Below are positions 17,328-27,886 of a stretch of DNA of 64,000 bases, piece after piece (the first letter of the stretch is position 1; every line of letters begins with the position of its first letter). Made by a program: the position numbers and the translations under genes. This DNA comes from a virus: the IMG/VR virus record IMGVR_UViG_3300024265_000041, positions 1-64,000 of that record; one strand, given 5' to 3'. The notes under the pieces are model-generated. The model was given only the letters and a program-made list of their open reading frames with translations, did not search any database and was not told the DNA's origin.

Positions 17328-20300
17328 GTGCCAATTAATTTTAACCTAAAAACTGATAAAGCTGTAAATAATTTAGGTAAGCTGTCTAAAAAATTAACAG
17401 AAGTAAAAGAAAAATTAGGTGCCTTGGATACAGCACTAAAAGATATTTCGGCTGACACAATGGCCAAAAAAGTGACAAAATTATCAACGTCTTTTAAGGA
17501 TATGCAGAAGACATCCTCACAATCAAATTCCCAGTTAAAAAAACAAAAACAAGTAATTTCAGATCTCAAATCAAAAGTATCAAGCCTTACTGTAGAAATG
17601 AAAAGGTTAGAGAGGGCTAAAAAGTCTCAAGTTTCTGTGGGTAAAGAATTGTCCGCATCTGATCTTAAACGAGTAACAGAGCAACAAAGAATTATCCTAT
17701 CAAACAAAAGGTTTATCTCCGGTATACAGGAGACATTAATAGTTGAGAGACAGGCTTTGATTTTGTCTAAAGCATCGTTAGATGCTAGTAACAAGAGAGC
17801 TAAAGTAATAGCTGAGTTTAATGTAGTTCTAGGTAGAAGTAGGAGCATGACCACTGAGCTGACCAATGCAGAAAGACTTGAACTAGCTATAAAGAAAGAA
17901 AACTTAGCATCCACCGAAAAACTAATTCAGTCACAAGCAAGATTAGTTGGAGGGAAACTCAGGGAGACTGAAGTTCAGAGGATCCTGAATGAACAAAAAA
18001 TTAGGGAGGAAGTATTAAAAGCTAAAAATAACAGAACTACATTGAGGGCCATTGCTCTTGCTGAATTAGATTTATCTCTGGCCATTAAAGAAGCAGAAGC
18101 CCATGCTAGAAACGAACGTGGAATTGTCAAAGAAACTAAAGCACTAAACAAAAATACAATTGCTAAACAGAAGGCAACTGTTGCTACTAAAAGCCTCACC
18201 AACTCTATTCAACAAGGAAATGTTCATGCGGCTGAGTTTCGTGCAGGACTTTCTGCTTTAGGGGCTAATTTTGGTATTTTCACCGGTAGCACAATTGTTG
18301 CTGCAGCGACAGTGTTTGCATTCATTAAGTCTATAAGGGAAGCTATAGTAGCAAATGCTGAATTTGATTTCTCCATGGATAGGGCAGAGGCTGTAATGGC
18401 AGCAACTGCCCTTCAATCAATTCAACTCAGGGGAGCAGTAAGAGAGTTGGCTGCTACGACCGTGTTCACTGCAAGGCAAGTATCAGAAGGTTTAATTTTT
18501 TTAGGGCAAGCAGGTCAGTCTGTTAGTGAGTCTCTTTCTTCTCTTGAACCTACTTTGAGAATAGCCCAAATTGGGATGATTGAAGCAGCCCAGGCAGCTG
18601 ACTTAACTACTAACATTATGGCTGCTTTTAACGTCCGAGCAGAAGATATGATATCTACTGTAGACTTATTATCTACGGCGGTAACCAATAGTAATACAAA
18701 CATTGTTCAGTTAGCTCAGGCAATCTCCTTCGTAGGTCCAGCAGCACAGGCTACGGGGACTGATTTAAGAGATACTGCAGTCATCCTGGGTTTCTTTGCA
18801 GATAACGGAGTTAAGGCCTCACGCGCTGGTACAGCGCTTCGTAGAGGTATTGCAAACCTATCAGCTCCGACCAACAAAATTAAACAAGCAATGTTTGAGT
18901 TAGGAATTTCTGCCATTGATCCTACAACTGGTCGAATGAAAAGCATGATTGATATAATCAAAGAATTGAGCGTTAATCAGGCAACTCTGCAGAACGTATT
19001 TGATATTTTTGGTAAGAGAGCCGGACCTGCATTCGCTGCAGCAATCTTAGGTGACTCTGCAGCACTAGACGAATTACATGATAGGACAGAAGACGTTACC
19101 AACGCTACTGCCAGACTAGTTTCCAGGATTGAGGACAATCAAATTTCTAATTATAGGAAGGCTTTGGCTGCTGGTGAGGAAGCATTAATATCATTTGGGG
19201 GGGTACTGTCTGGGGTAGTCGAACCTACTATTGTTGGGATGACTAAGGCTTTTAGAGTAATTAGTTTTGCCCTTGAAGAACTTGAGACACCAATCAGAGT
19301 GGCTGGGTCAGCATTACTTATTTTTGGGTCTATAAAACTTGGAGTTATAGCAACAGGTTGGATAGCTGGAATTTTCGGGTTAACTAAAGCCCTAGTGGCG
19401 TTTAAAGTCCCAATGTTAGCCGCTACCTTAGCAGTTTCTTCGATGTCTCCTGCAGCTGCTTCTGCGGCTTTAAGTATTAGCGGACTAGGACTTGCAATTA
19501 AATCTGCGTTAGGTCCTATTACTATTTTAGCTTCTATAGGTATAGCTTCTTACTTTGCATTGTCATCCACTGAAGCAGAAAGGTTCGCTAAAGTTATTAA
19601 GCCATTAGTATTGGATCTAGATCGACTTAAGAACTCTTTAAACCTTGTCCAGGAATCTGGAATTGAGGGAGCGTACCAAGGAATTGAGAAAGAAGTAGTA
19701 GAGTTATTAAAAACTGTTGAGAAGTTACAAAGATCTCAAGGTCAGACTTTTGGGGAAGAGTTACAAAGTAATCTTAGTAAAGCACAAGAAAATTTAGAGG
19801 CTTTAAAACAGAAGTATGCAGGACTTATTGTTACCCAACTCCAAACTAAATTTTTCCCTAGGTTTGGTCCAACAGACGAGGAAGTTGAAAGAGTTCGTAA
19901 GGCCGGAGAAGAACAGAAAAAATTAGTTGATGCTATGCAGAAACTTTTAAGTGCCACTAAAGGTTTATCTATAGTAGAAAAAACTAGATCCCAAATAAGT
20001 GCTGAAGGAAATACTAAGAGGGAAATGGACGAAGAAAACCAAGCCAGGGAAGATGCAATAATACGCGAGGAGGAGTTAGCTAACGCAATTGAAAGAACAA
20101 ATATACAGATAAATAAATCTGCCGCAGGGACAATATCAGGTCTTGAAAACCAAAGGAAAGCGAACTCTAAGTTACTTGACGAAACTAGGGACTTCTTGTT
20201 AAAAAAACTTGGCATAGAAGAAATAAATATTGAGAAGATCCAGGATCAACTAGCAACTAATTTGAAAAATAAAGAAATACTTTATAGTAAAACGTTTAAA

Positions 20301-22106
20301 AATATTATAAACCTACAGGAAGGATTCCAGAGTCTACTTGCAGAAAGAAGTAAAGGTACAGAAGATAAGCCAGCTGCCTTAGTTGATGTTGCCCAACTTG
20401 AAGATACTCAGAACAGACTAGCTGTACTTTACGATTTTAAGGACTACCAGGATTACCTTGATTTTCTGGAGTCTGGAGCTGCTTTGGAAAAAGAAATTGG
20501 AGATCAGAGAGTAGCTAATGCAAGAGTGGTTGCAGCTAGGTTAAACGCCATACAATTATCTCAGTTGGGAATCAGTTTAGGGGAATTGAAAGATAGAGGT
20601 GACAAGGAATTAGAACTGATCGAACAAAATCAGGATCGATTGCAAGCTAAACTTAAGGCTGGTTATGATGCTAGACTTTTGAGTCTGTCAGATTACATAA
20701 ACTCTGAAGGTAAACTTATAACTCAATCTGGACAAGAAGAAATAAATGTCCTGACCATAAGGCTGTTAGAGCTTAACAGAGTTAGACAAGCACATAATGA
20801 AGAAGCCAAGAAGTTTGAGTCTACTGGTAATATTGAGGCGTGGAAACAAGAAGCTGAAGCGGTGAAAGCTTTAGATGAAAAAATAAGGGAATTGACAAAA
20901 ACAATAGACGGAAACAAACTAGCTACTCAAAACCAATTGGGAGCAATTAATCAGTTGATAGACACTATGGAAAGTAAAGCTATAAAAGCTGCCACTTCAG
21001 CCATAGTAGCTCAGGATGCTCAAATTAATAGAAATAAATTTTTGGCTGAAGGGTTTTTATCAGTTGCTGAAGCTAACGTTAATTATACCATTGCTCAACT
21101 TAATGGATTGAAGGCTACTAGAGGGCTGACTAAGGAGCAAGACGCACAATTAATTAGACTGACAGAGTTAGAAAAAAAGTTAAGGGATAATGCTATTGGA
21201 ATAAATGGGTTAGCAGTAACCTGGGACGCGGCGGCTAACACTATGGCTGGTAAAGCTGTACAGTCAGCCAAATCCATGCAGGGAGCATTTGTTGAGTTCT
21301 TCTTAGATCCAACTAAAGATGGGTTTGACGGATTACTAGATGCATTCTCTAACATGATACTCAAAATGAGTGCTGAAAGAGCTGTTCAAGGTCTATTTAA
21401 TGAGGGAGGGTTGGGGGACTTTTTTACTGAAACATTTGGAAAAATATCTGGGGAAGGCTCTACCGGTGGGACTGAGGAGTCAGTAAGTACTGCCGCCTTG
21501 ACTACAGCAGTTGGGGTAAATACCACAGCACTTGGCGTTCAGACAGCTGCAGAAGGGGTAAGCAGTGCAGCACAAGGAGTAACTAGCACTGCCCTCGGAT
21601 TGACATCTACAGCACTAGGGTTACAGACAACTGCTAATGGACTAAATACTACTGCCCTTGGGATATTAACTACAACTGGTCTCGGACCAAACACTTTGTC
21701 GTTAGGATTGTTGACATCATCGAATGGGATATTGGGTGGGTTTATTAGTGCTAACACTGTAGCGCTTATAGCTAATACTTCTGCTTTAGCAACTTCTGGT
21801 ATAGGAGGGTTTTTTGCTGACGGGGGAAATGTTAAAGGTAATGTCCCAATTATTGTTGGTGAGAAAGGCCCAGAAGTTTTTGTACCAAGTGGGTCTGGAA
21901 CTATAGTGCCTAACAGAGATATAAGTAAAAGCTCTAATGCTAGTTCTGCTGGAAATGTAACCTTCGAAAATACTGTACAAATTATTGGAGATAACTCAAA
22001 TAAAGAAGAGATCAGAATAATGGTTAAGCAGGGAATGGACGAATTAGAATCTAAGATTATTAGGCAACAACAACGAACTCAGAGAACATTAGGAGTCAGG
22101 AGGTAA
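17328..22106 (+). CDS. Tape measure protein
   Basis: 1592 aa, helical; TP901-type core (TVFTARQVSEG, NGVKASRAGTALR); C-terminal FADGG...VGEKGPEVFVP. Confidence 0.92.
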   Translation: MPINFNLKTDKAVNNLGKLSKKLTEVKEKLGALDTALKDISADTMAKKVTKLSTSFKDMQKTSSQSNSQLKKQKQVISDLKSKVSSLTVEMKRLERAKKSQVSVGKELSASDLKRVTEQQRIILSNKRFISGIQETLIVERQALILSKASLDASNKRAKVIAEFNVVLGRSRSMTTELTNAERLELAIKKENLASTEKLIQSQARLVGGKLRETEVQRILNEQKIREEVLKAKNNRTTLRAIALAELDLSLAIKEAEAHARNERGIVKETKALNKNTIAKQKATVATKSLTNSIQQGNVHAAEFRAGLSALGANFGIFTGSTIVAAATVFAFIKSIREAIVANAEFDFSMDRAEAVMAATALQSIQLRGAVRELAATTVFTARQVSEGLIFLGQAGQSVSESLSSLEPTLRIAQIGMIEAAQAADLTTNIMAAFNVRAEDMISTVDLLSTAVTNSNTNIVQLAQAISFVGPAAQATGTDLRDTAVILGFFADNGVKASRAGTALRRGIANLSAPTNKIKQAMFELGISAIDPTTGRMKSMIDIIKELSVNQATLQNVFDIFGKRAGPAFAAAILGDSAALDELHDRTEDVTNATARLVSRIEDNQISNYRKALAAGEEALISFGGVLSGVVEPTIVGMTKAFRVISFALEELETPIRVAGSALLIFGSIKLGVIATGWIAGIFGLTKALVAFKVPMLAATLAVSSMSPAAASAALSISGLGLAIKSALGPITILASIGIASYFALSSTEAERFAKVIKPLVLDLDRLKNSLNLVQESGIEGAYQGIEKEVVELLKTVEKLQRSQGQTFGEELQSNLSKAQENLEALKQKYAGLIVTQLQTKFFPRFGPTDEEVERVRKAGEEQKKLVDAMQKLLSATKGLSIVEKTRSQISAEGNTKREMDEENQAREDAIIREEELANAIERTNIQINKSAAGTISGLENQRKANSKLLDETRDFLLKKLGIEEINIEKIQDQLATNLKNKEILYSKTFKNIINLQEGFQSLLAERSKGTEDKPAALVDVAQLEDTQNRLAVLYDFKDYQDYLDFLESGAALEKEIGDQRVANARVVAARLNAIQLSQLGISLGELKDRGDKELELIEQNQDRLQAKLKAGYDARLLSLSDYINSEGKLITQSGQEEINVLTIRLLELNRVRQAHNEEAKKFESTGNIEAWKQEAEAVKALDEKIRELTKTIDGNKLATQNQLGAINQLIDTMESKAIKAATSAIVAQDAQINRNKFLAEGFLSVAEANVNYTIAQLNGLKATRGLTKEQDAQLIRLTELEKKLRDNAIGINGLAVTWDAAANTMAGKAVQSAKSMQGAFVEFFLDPTKDGFDGLLDAFSNMILKMSAERAVQGLFNEGGLGDFFTETFGKISGEGSTGGTEESVSTAALTTAVGVNTTALGVQTAAEGVSSAAQGVTSTALGLTSTALGLQTTANGLNTTALGILTTTGLGPNTLSLGLLTSSNGILGGFISANTVALIANTSALATSGIGGFFADGGNVKGNVPIIVGEKGPEVFVPSGSGTIVPNRDISKSSNASSAGNVTFENTVQIIGDNSNKEEIRIMVKQGMDELESKIIRQQQRTQRTLGVRR

Positions 22107-22109
22107 ATC

Positions 22110-23081
22110 ATGGTAGCAAAAGTAATCCCATTCCCAATAGCTTTAGCTCCGGTCTCTATGACTGAGAGATTACATGGTAATACAAATGTGTTCTTTTCTG
22201 AGCTTAATAAAATACCAACTACTACCGAAAACCCAGGCGCTAGATGGGGCTTTGATTTAGATTATTCAGAGATTGACGGATACAGTCTTAGGGGCCAGAA
22301 TGTCGGCGCTGCCATTTCTAGATTAAGAGGGCAGGCTGTAAGGATGCACTGTCACTCACTAGCAAGACCTAACACTACAGGATCTCTTGACACCGCTAAT
22401 AAAGTTGGGAATGGGGACTTTTCCCTAGGTGGTAGCGGGTGGAGCAAATCTGAAGGGGCAGGCAGTAAAGTGGGTCTAGAAGGAGGCAGAGCAAGACTTG
22501 ATAAAGGGACCGGTGAGGCTTCAGTTAGTAGGACTATTTCTGTTACTTCTGGTGAGACTTATTCTATGGGGGTCTCAGTATACGAGGGGAGCGGGGATTC
22601 TGTTACCATGACTGTAGGGTCTAGTAATGACACCTTCACTGGAGGGGGAAGACACGCCAGCACTTTTACTGCTAGTGGTTCTTCTATCACTGTTACTGTG
22701 GCTAATAATACAAATAATACGGTCTTATCAGTTGGAGATATTATTGTTGCAAGAGCTGCCACTGTCAGCGGTGCTCAGACAGGGTCAACTATTTTGATTA
22801 CAGGGTTAGGGTCAAGCTCTGATAACGCAATTAACCCTATGGATTGGATTAGTATTAACGGGGAGTTAAAACGCGTGGTAGAGCCCTGCATGAGTAACTC
22901 AGGAAGCGGAAGAGTTACTTTTGAGCCACCACTTAGGGCCTCAGCTCCTAATGGCTCTGCGGTGGTTTTGCATAGCCCATTTGCTAAATTTATTTTAAAT
23001 GGGGAGTCTAGTCCTATGTCAACATCTGCCCCATATTTTACAAGTTACACTCTAAGTTTGTTAGAGGATACTTCCCTATGA
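22110..23081 (+). CDS. Distal tail protein with an inserted carbohydrate-binding-like module
   Basis: Follows the tape measure; GARWGF and FEPPLR motifs; NKVGNGDFSLGGSGW jelly-roll-type insertion. Confidence 0.65.
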   Translation: MVAKVIPFPIALAPVSMTERLHGNTNVFFSELNKIPTTTENPGARWGFDLDYSEIDGYSLRGQNVGAAISRLRGQAVRMHCHSLARPNTTGSLDTANKVGNGDFSLGGSGWSKSEGAGSKVGLEGGRARLDKGTGEASVSRTISVTSGETYSMGVSVYEGSGDSVTMTVGSSNDTFTGGGRHASTFTASGSSITVTVANNTNNTVLSVGDIIVARAATVSGAQTGSTILITGLGSSSDNAINPMDWISINGELKRVVEPCMSNSGSGRVTFEPPLRASAPNGSAVVLHSPFAKFILNGESSPMSTSAPYFTSYTLSLLEDTSL

Positions 23082-23716
23082 GCAGAGGATTATCTGGGGC
23101 TTTATTAACTCATTTTTCAGCAGATCATATCATTTCTATTGTGCTAATAGAGTTGAGTTTTGATAGTGGAACTCAAAGATATCACACAGGGATAGGAGAT
23201 ATTACCTATAGGACTTTTACCTACGTCGGTATTGGCACGCTAGGACAAATAGAACCAATACTTGAAGACCAGGGTATAAAAATGAAAGGAGTAAGAGTAG
23301 CTCTCCAGGGGGTTGATACAACCGTAATAGATTTAACTAGTAATGAAGATATTCAAGGTAGGGCAGCTAGAATTGATGTGGCAGCTTATGACTATGAAAC
23401 TGCAACTATTATTGACGGGTTTGAAATTTTTTCAGGGACTATGGATACCTCTGAAATTACTAGAGGTGAAAATGCTTCTTTGGTTTTAACTTTAGAGTCT
23501 ATAATGTCTCAATTCGATCTTCCAAACGTAAGAAGATTTACCGATGAAGATCACAAGACAAGACATCCTAATGACGAATTTTTTTCCTTATTAGTTACTA
23601 TAAATGAGCAACAAATTGTTTGGGGGGCACAACAAGATGATACTAGTGGGGTCCCAGGGGGAGGGGGAGGTAGAGGGGGAAGATCAGATCAGCATAATCA
23701 AAGAGAGTTTAGATAA
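23078..23716 (+). CDS. Tail hub/minor tail protein
   Basis: YVGIGTLGQI, FSGTMD, RRFTDEDH and final WG motifs. Confidence 0.7.
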   Translation: MSRGLSGALLTHFSADHIISIVLIELSFDSGTQRYHTGIGDITYRTFTYVGIGTLGQIEPILEDQGIKMKGVRVALQGVDTTVIDLTSNEDIQGRAARIDVAAYDYETATIIDGFEIFSGTMDTSEITRGENASLVLTLESIMSQFDLPNVRRFTDEDHKTRHPNDEFFSLLVTINEQQIVWGAQQDDTSGVPGGGGGRGGRSDQHNQREFR

Positions 23717-23734
23717 CATAATTAGGAGATTACT

Positions 23735-24121
23735 TTGCAAAGACAAACTTCATTATTACTTTACATTACTGCACACCAACATACCAAATTTGAGTGGGGA
23801 GTGAATGATTGTTGTACTTTTTCCTGTAACTGGTTTAAGGAAATCACCGGTAAAAATTTACTCCCACTAGTAGGGGGTGATTACAACGACGAAAAAGGAG
23901 CTATGCTATTATTAGAAAAATTTGGTAGGGATAATGCATCTGCTTTATTTGGGGAGGAAATTCACCCAAGTTTAGCCACCCCCGGAGATATAGTTGAGGC
24001 AGATATGGAATACGGTGAAACTTTAGGGATTTGCTTAGGATTAGATTCAGCATTTATAGGGATTAAAGAACTTATAACAGTAAGAACTCTAGAATGTAAA
24101 CGAGCCTGGAGGGTTAACTAA
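23735..24121 (+). CDS. NlpC/P60-like tail assembly protein
   Basis: FEWGVNDCCTF, PGDIV, LGICLG and C-terminal AWRV motifs. Confidence 0.75.
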   Translation: MQRQTSLLLYITAHQHTKFEWGVNDCCTFSCNWFKEITGKNLLPLVGGDYNDEKGAMLLLEKFGRDNASALFGEEIHPSLATPGDIVEADMEYGETLGICLGLDSAFIGIKELITVRTLECKRAWRVN

Positions 24122-27100
24122 TGCCACCAGCAGTAGCAGCTGTAGCAACAATAGTTGCAGGGTTCGTTATCAAAAATATAGTCATCTATGTGGTGGTTGT
24201 TCTTTTGATAAACATGGCTGCTGCTAGCTATGCCAGACATCATCAACCTACCTTTTCTGACCCTGCTGATAATCGTAGGTTAGTTTCTAGAAGTAGTGTA
24301 TCTCCAACCATTATTCTGTACGGAGAGAGGAGACTCGGAGGCACTATGGTTTATTGGGCAACCGGAGGGGGCGCAAAGCCTAATGCCCCTCCTAAATCTC
24401 TGTGTATGGTCCTTTGTTTAACTCAACATGAAATTAATAGTATTGGTGATGTTTATCTTGGGGATACTTTGTCAACAGATCCTTCTATCCCTGTAGCTGA
24501 TACTTTTGAGAAATTTACAGGAGCTAGTGGGCAGACTGTAAGCACTACGGTTCAGCAGTATAATGTAAGTGGAGAACCATGGACTACTAGTTTTACTGGG
24601 GACAGTGTTGCTTATTTGGTCATTGTTCTTGATAGCTATGAGGACTGGGATAGGATCCCAGATGTTTCTACTGTATGCCAGGGGTCTAAAATTTATGACC
24701 CAAGAAAAGATAGCACTAATGGAGGGTCTGGATCTCATCGTTACACTGACCCCTCTACATGGGAGTACTCAAATAACCCAGCTTTGATTGCCAGAGATTA
24801 TCTCACTAGGGATGAAGGATTTGGGGAAGACCATATTAAAATTGATGACGCCTTTACTATCGCGTCTGCAAACACATGTGATATTTGGGAAGCTGTACCT
24901 GAAGATGAAGATGGTACAGACATATCTTTTGATTCTGCTAGTAGTGAGATTAGGGACGTTGGGGCTACCCTTCCTGTCTACTCAGTTGGGACTCCAATTT
25001 TGATTTCAGGGTCTTCTAGCAATAATGGAAACCATACAGTCTTAACTAGTACTTCTGCTGTCTTAACAACAACAGGATCCCCGGCAATAGTTACAGAAGC
25101 TGCTGGAAGTTTGGTTGTAGTTTCTGAACGACAACCAAGGTACTCGTGTGATCTTGCCCTCTCACTAACTCAGTCCAGAAAGGAAAATCTTCTTCAAATC
25201 TTGGAGACTATGTATGGAGAAGTAGTTTATGTAGGAGGGGAATGGAAGATCATGGCAGGGGAGTTTACCACTCCTACTTTTACTATAATAGAAGACGACA
25301 TTGTAGGATCCTTTGCAATCGGTAGTAGCACTTCTGCATCAAATTTGTATAACTCTGTATCTGGAACTTACTATGATTCTAAAAGATTTTACCAACAAGT
25401 GAGTTTTAAGCAAAGAGACAATGCTGGGTATGTTTCAAGAGACGGAGGTAGGGAAGTTACCAGGGAAATTAGATTGATTGGTGTCACCGATGAGTACCAA
25501 GCACAACGACTAGCAACATTTGAACTAAATCAATCAGAGCATCAAACCTTAGTTACATTTATTGGTAAACCAAGACTGTTGGATCTGCATGTCAACATGA
25601 TGGTTAAGTTAACTCTAGATAACCCGGCGTGGACTGATAAACCTTTCAGAGTCTTATCATGGGAATTGCAAAAAGATTTAACTGTAAGTATAACTCTAAG
25701 AGATGAAAACTCTGGGGCATGGGATTCTGGGTTAGGTATTTATAATCAAGTTCAATCTCATCTACAATATAACCCTTACATCCCAAGACTTGTAGACGTC
25801 CCTACTAATTTTAGATTTTTTACTGGGGGGAATATAAGCAAAGAGACAGCATTCAAATTATCTACTGATGCTATTAGAGGTGGGTATGGTGCCTATGCGT
25901 TATTAAGATGGGAGGATTCCCCAGACGATCAATTAGCTGGATATAGGATCAAATGGAGAGAGACTTCTTCTTCTGCTGGACTTAGTGATGCTATAGCGGA
26001 AATGGTACCAATTGTCTCTTTTGCTGGTAATGAAAATGACAGTAATCCAGATGCAATTAATGACTCTATCAGAGAAATGGTTGGGGTGTACGGAACCAAT
26101 ACAGATACTTCTGGGATGAGCGGAGCAACGCTGAACCCTTTTGAAAGTGGGATTAAATCTATTAACGTGGCGGGTGACTCTGATAGGGTATTAGACATAA
26201 CAACCCCTGTGGACGAATACCCTACTGATGAGTTTTCTATGGTGACTTTGTTTAGCGTAGCCACGGCTACAGCAGACACAACTATTGTAGGACAATGGGG
26301 CAGTACAGACGCTAAGAAAGGATTCAGATTTGGTACAATGGAGGGCTCTACTAATATTGGGGTCACGGTTTATGATAGTACAGGGACTAAGCGGGAGATC
26401 GATTCTGGGGCTGTTTACGATGGAGATGTTGCCCACATAGCAGTGATATCAAAACGAGATGATAAATTAATTTTAGAAATCGACGGAGCCCCAGTTGGTG
26501 AGTACAATTTTACTGGTGGTGACACTATGAATTGGGACCAGACTGAAGACCTCAAGATTGGAGGAGGATCGGTAGGTGCAGTTCATAATGGACGGTGGAG
26601 TAACGCTTTAGTTACGAATCGACACATGGATGAGTACGAAAGGGAGAACGCTTATAATCTTTGGGCTACTGGAGATGTAGCTATTGGGAAGGCAAACACT
26701 TGGAATCGAGATTCGGTAGGTGAAACTGAACGATCATGGACAAGAAGATTAACAGAAGGGAGAACTTACGATTTTGAATTAGAAGCCTTCAACAAAAAAG
26801 GGTTATACAGTTCCCCAATTGCTTTGATAGGTAAAACTGTACTAGGAGCCACAACCCCTCCTAAAGAATCTATTTTTTTATCAGCAATAGTAACTCCAAT
26901 AGGAAACTTAATGACCCTGAATATTTCTAGTGTAGTTGCCAGAGATTTAGCTTATGTAGAATGGGCGTACAGCACAGTAAATGATAGAGATGATTCAGTT
27001 ATTCAGTACAGCTCTGTCCTAACTGAAATACCATCTGGGGCCCGAGGGTTCCCTAATTACAAAAAAGTTTCACAACTCATAGGGAAAGTTGTTCAGCAAT

Positions 27101-27831
27101 ATCTTGTGTTTACCGGGGTTAATTATGTTTGGGCTAGAATTATTAATTCTTCAGACCAAACAGGAGATTGGAATACTGGGCCAACAGCTGGGTTAGAAGT
27201 AGTAGGAGGGGAACCTGCCTCTGGTATTGTTAACTTAATCCCAACTAATAGAAGGGCTCAAATTAGTGTTTCTGATGGGCACGTTTTCCACCAAACAAAC
27301 GCATCTAACTCTAAGTTAATTCTGGCAGACCATGATATTGCAGAAAACGATTATATGTCATGTAGTGTGTGGGTTGATCGAGAAACTGCAACCGAGTGTA
27401 CTCTGACTGTTGAATTTTTTGACAGTATAGATGATCTGATTGTGACAGACCCACTGTTTGAATTTAACCATACACCAGTACCGGTAGTTCTTACCAGAAC
27501 AGTCCTTGAAGGCATCCTTGTTCCTGTAGGGGCAGTAACGATGCAAATGAGATTAGAAACTGTAGGAGGAACTGTATTGACAGCTAACCCTGTCCTTAAT
27601 GAAGGACTAACCGTATTAAGATTTATTAGCCCGTGGGGGGATAGATTTTTAGACCCAGATGATGATGGAGTTTATTTAGATGTTGGTGATTACCAAAACC
27701 TATTAGATGGACAAGTTGAAGCCCCTGTAGAGGACAGCCCAACAGTAACCACAGCTTCGGGGGGTCCTTTTAAAGACCCAGAGTTAGATGAAGGTGGGTG
27801 GTACGACCGAAAATTCAGTGACCCTCTGTAA
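24121..27831 (+). CDS. Tail tip/central fibre protein (gpJ-like) with FN3, LamG-like and CBM-like domains
   Basis: ILYGERRLGG, GSKIYDPR and WEYSNNPALIARDYL motifs; FN3 and LamG-like segments in the C-terminal half. Confidence 0.85.
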   Translation: MPPAVAAVATIVAGFVIKNIVIYVVVVLLINMAAASYARHHQPTFSDPADNRRLVSRSSVSPTIILYGERRLGGTMVYWATGGGAKPNAPPKSLCMVLCLTQHEINSIGDVYLGDTLSTDPSIPVADTFEKFTGASGQTVSTTVQQYNVSGEPWTTSFTGDSVAYLVIVLDSYEDWDRIPDVSTVCQGSKIYDPRKDSTNGGSGSHRYTDPSTWEYSNNPALIARDYLTRDEGFGEDHIKIDDAFTIASANTCDIWEAVPEDEDGTDISFDSASSEIRDVGATLPVYSVGTPILISGSSSNNGNHTVLTSTSAVLTTTGSPAIVTEAAGSLVVVSERQPRYSCDLALSLTQSRKENLLQILETMYGEVVYVGGEWKIMAGEFTTPTFTIIEDDIVGSFAIGSSTSASNLYNSVSGTYYDSKRFYQQVSFKQRDNAGYVSRDGGREVTREIRLIGVTDEYQAQRLATFELNQSEHQTLVTFIGKPRLLDLHVNMMVKLTLDNPAWTDKPFRVLSWELQKDLTVSITLRDENSGAWDSGLGIYNQVQSHLQYNPYIPRLVDVPTNFRFFTGGNISKETAFKLSTDAIRGGYGAYALLRWEDSPDDQLAGYRIKWRETSSSAGLSDAIAEMVPIVSFAGNENDSNPDAINDSIREMVGVYGTNTDTSGMSGATLNPFESGIKSINVAGDSDRVLDITTPVDEYPTDEFSMVTLFSVATATADTTIVGQWGSTDAKKGFRFGTMEGSTNIGVTVYDSTGTKREIDSGAVYDGDVAHIAVISKRDDKLILEIDGAPVGEYNFTGGDTMNWDQTEDLKIGGGSVGAVHNGRWSNALVTNRHMDEYERENAYNLWATGDVAIGKANTWNRDSVGETERSWTRRLTEGRTYDFELEAFNKKGLYSSPIALIGKTVLGATTPPKESIFLSAIVTPIGNLMTLNISSVVARDLAYVEWAYSTVNDRDDSVIQYSSVLTEIPSGARGFPNYKKVSQLIGKVVQQYLVFTGVNYVWARIINSSDQTGDWNTGPTAGLEVVGGEPASGIVNLIPTNRRAQISVSDGHVFHQTNASNSKLILADHDIAENDYMSCSVWVDRETATECTLTVEFFDSIDDLIVTDPLFEFNHTPVPVVLTRTVLEGILVPVGAVTMQMRLETVGGTVLTANPVLNEGLTVLRFISPWGDRFLDPDDDGVYLDVGDYQNLLDGQVEAPVEDSPTVTTASGGPFKDPELDEGGWYDRKFSDPL

Positions 27832-27886
27832 TTAAATTTGTTACCATCTGAAAATTAATTTAGATTAAAAATTTTAGTAGAGAGAA

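Noticed and set aside
27829-27858. Stop-codon readthrough or an alternative genetic code joining the tip and spike genes
   Set aside because: A second TAA follows after 8 codons, the spike ATG is in a different frame, and the core genes are intact under the standard code.
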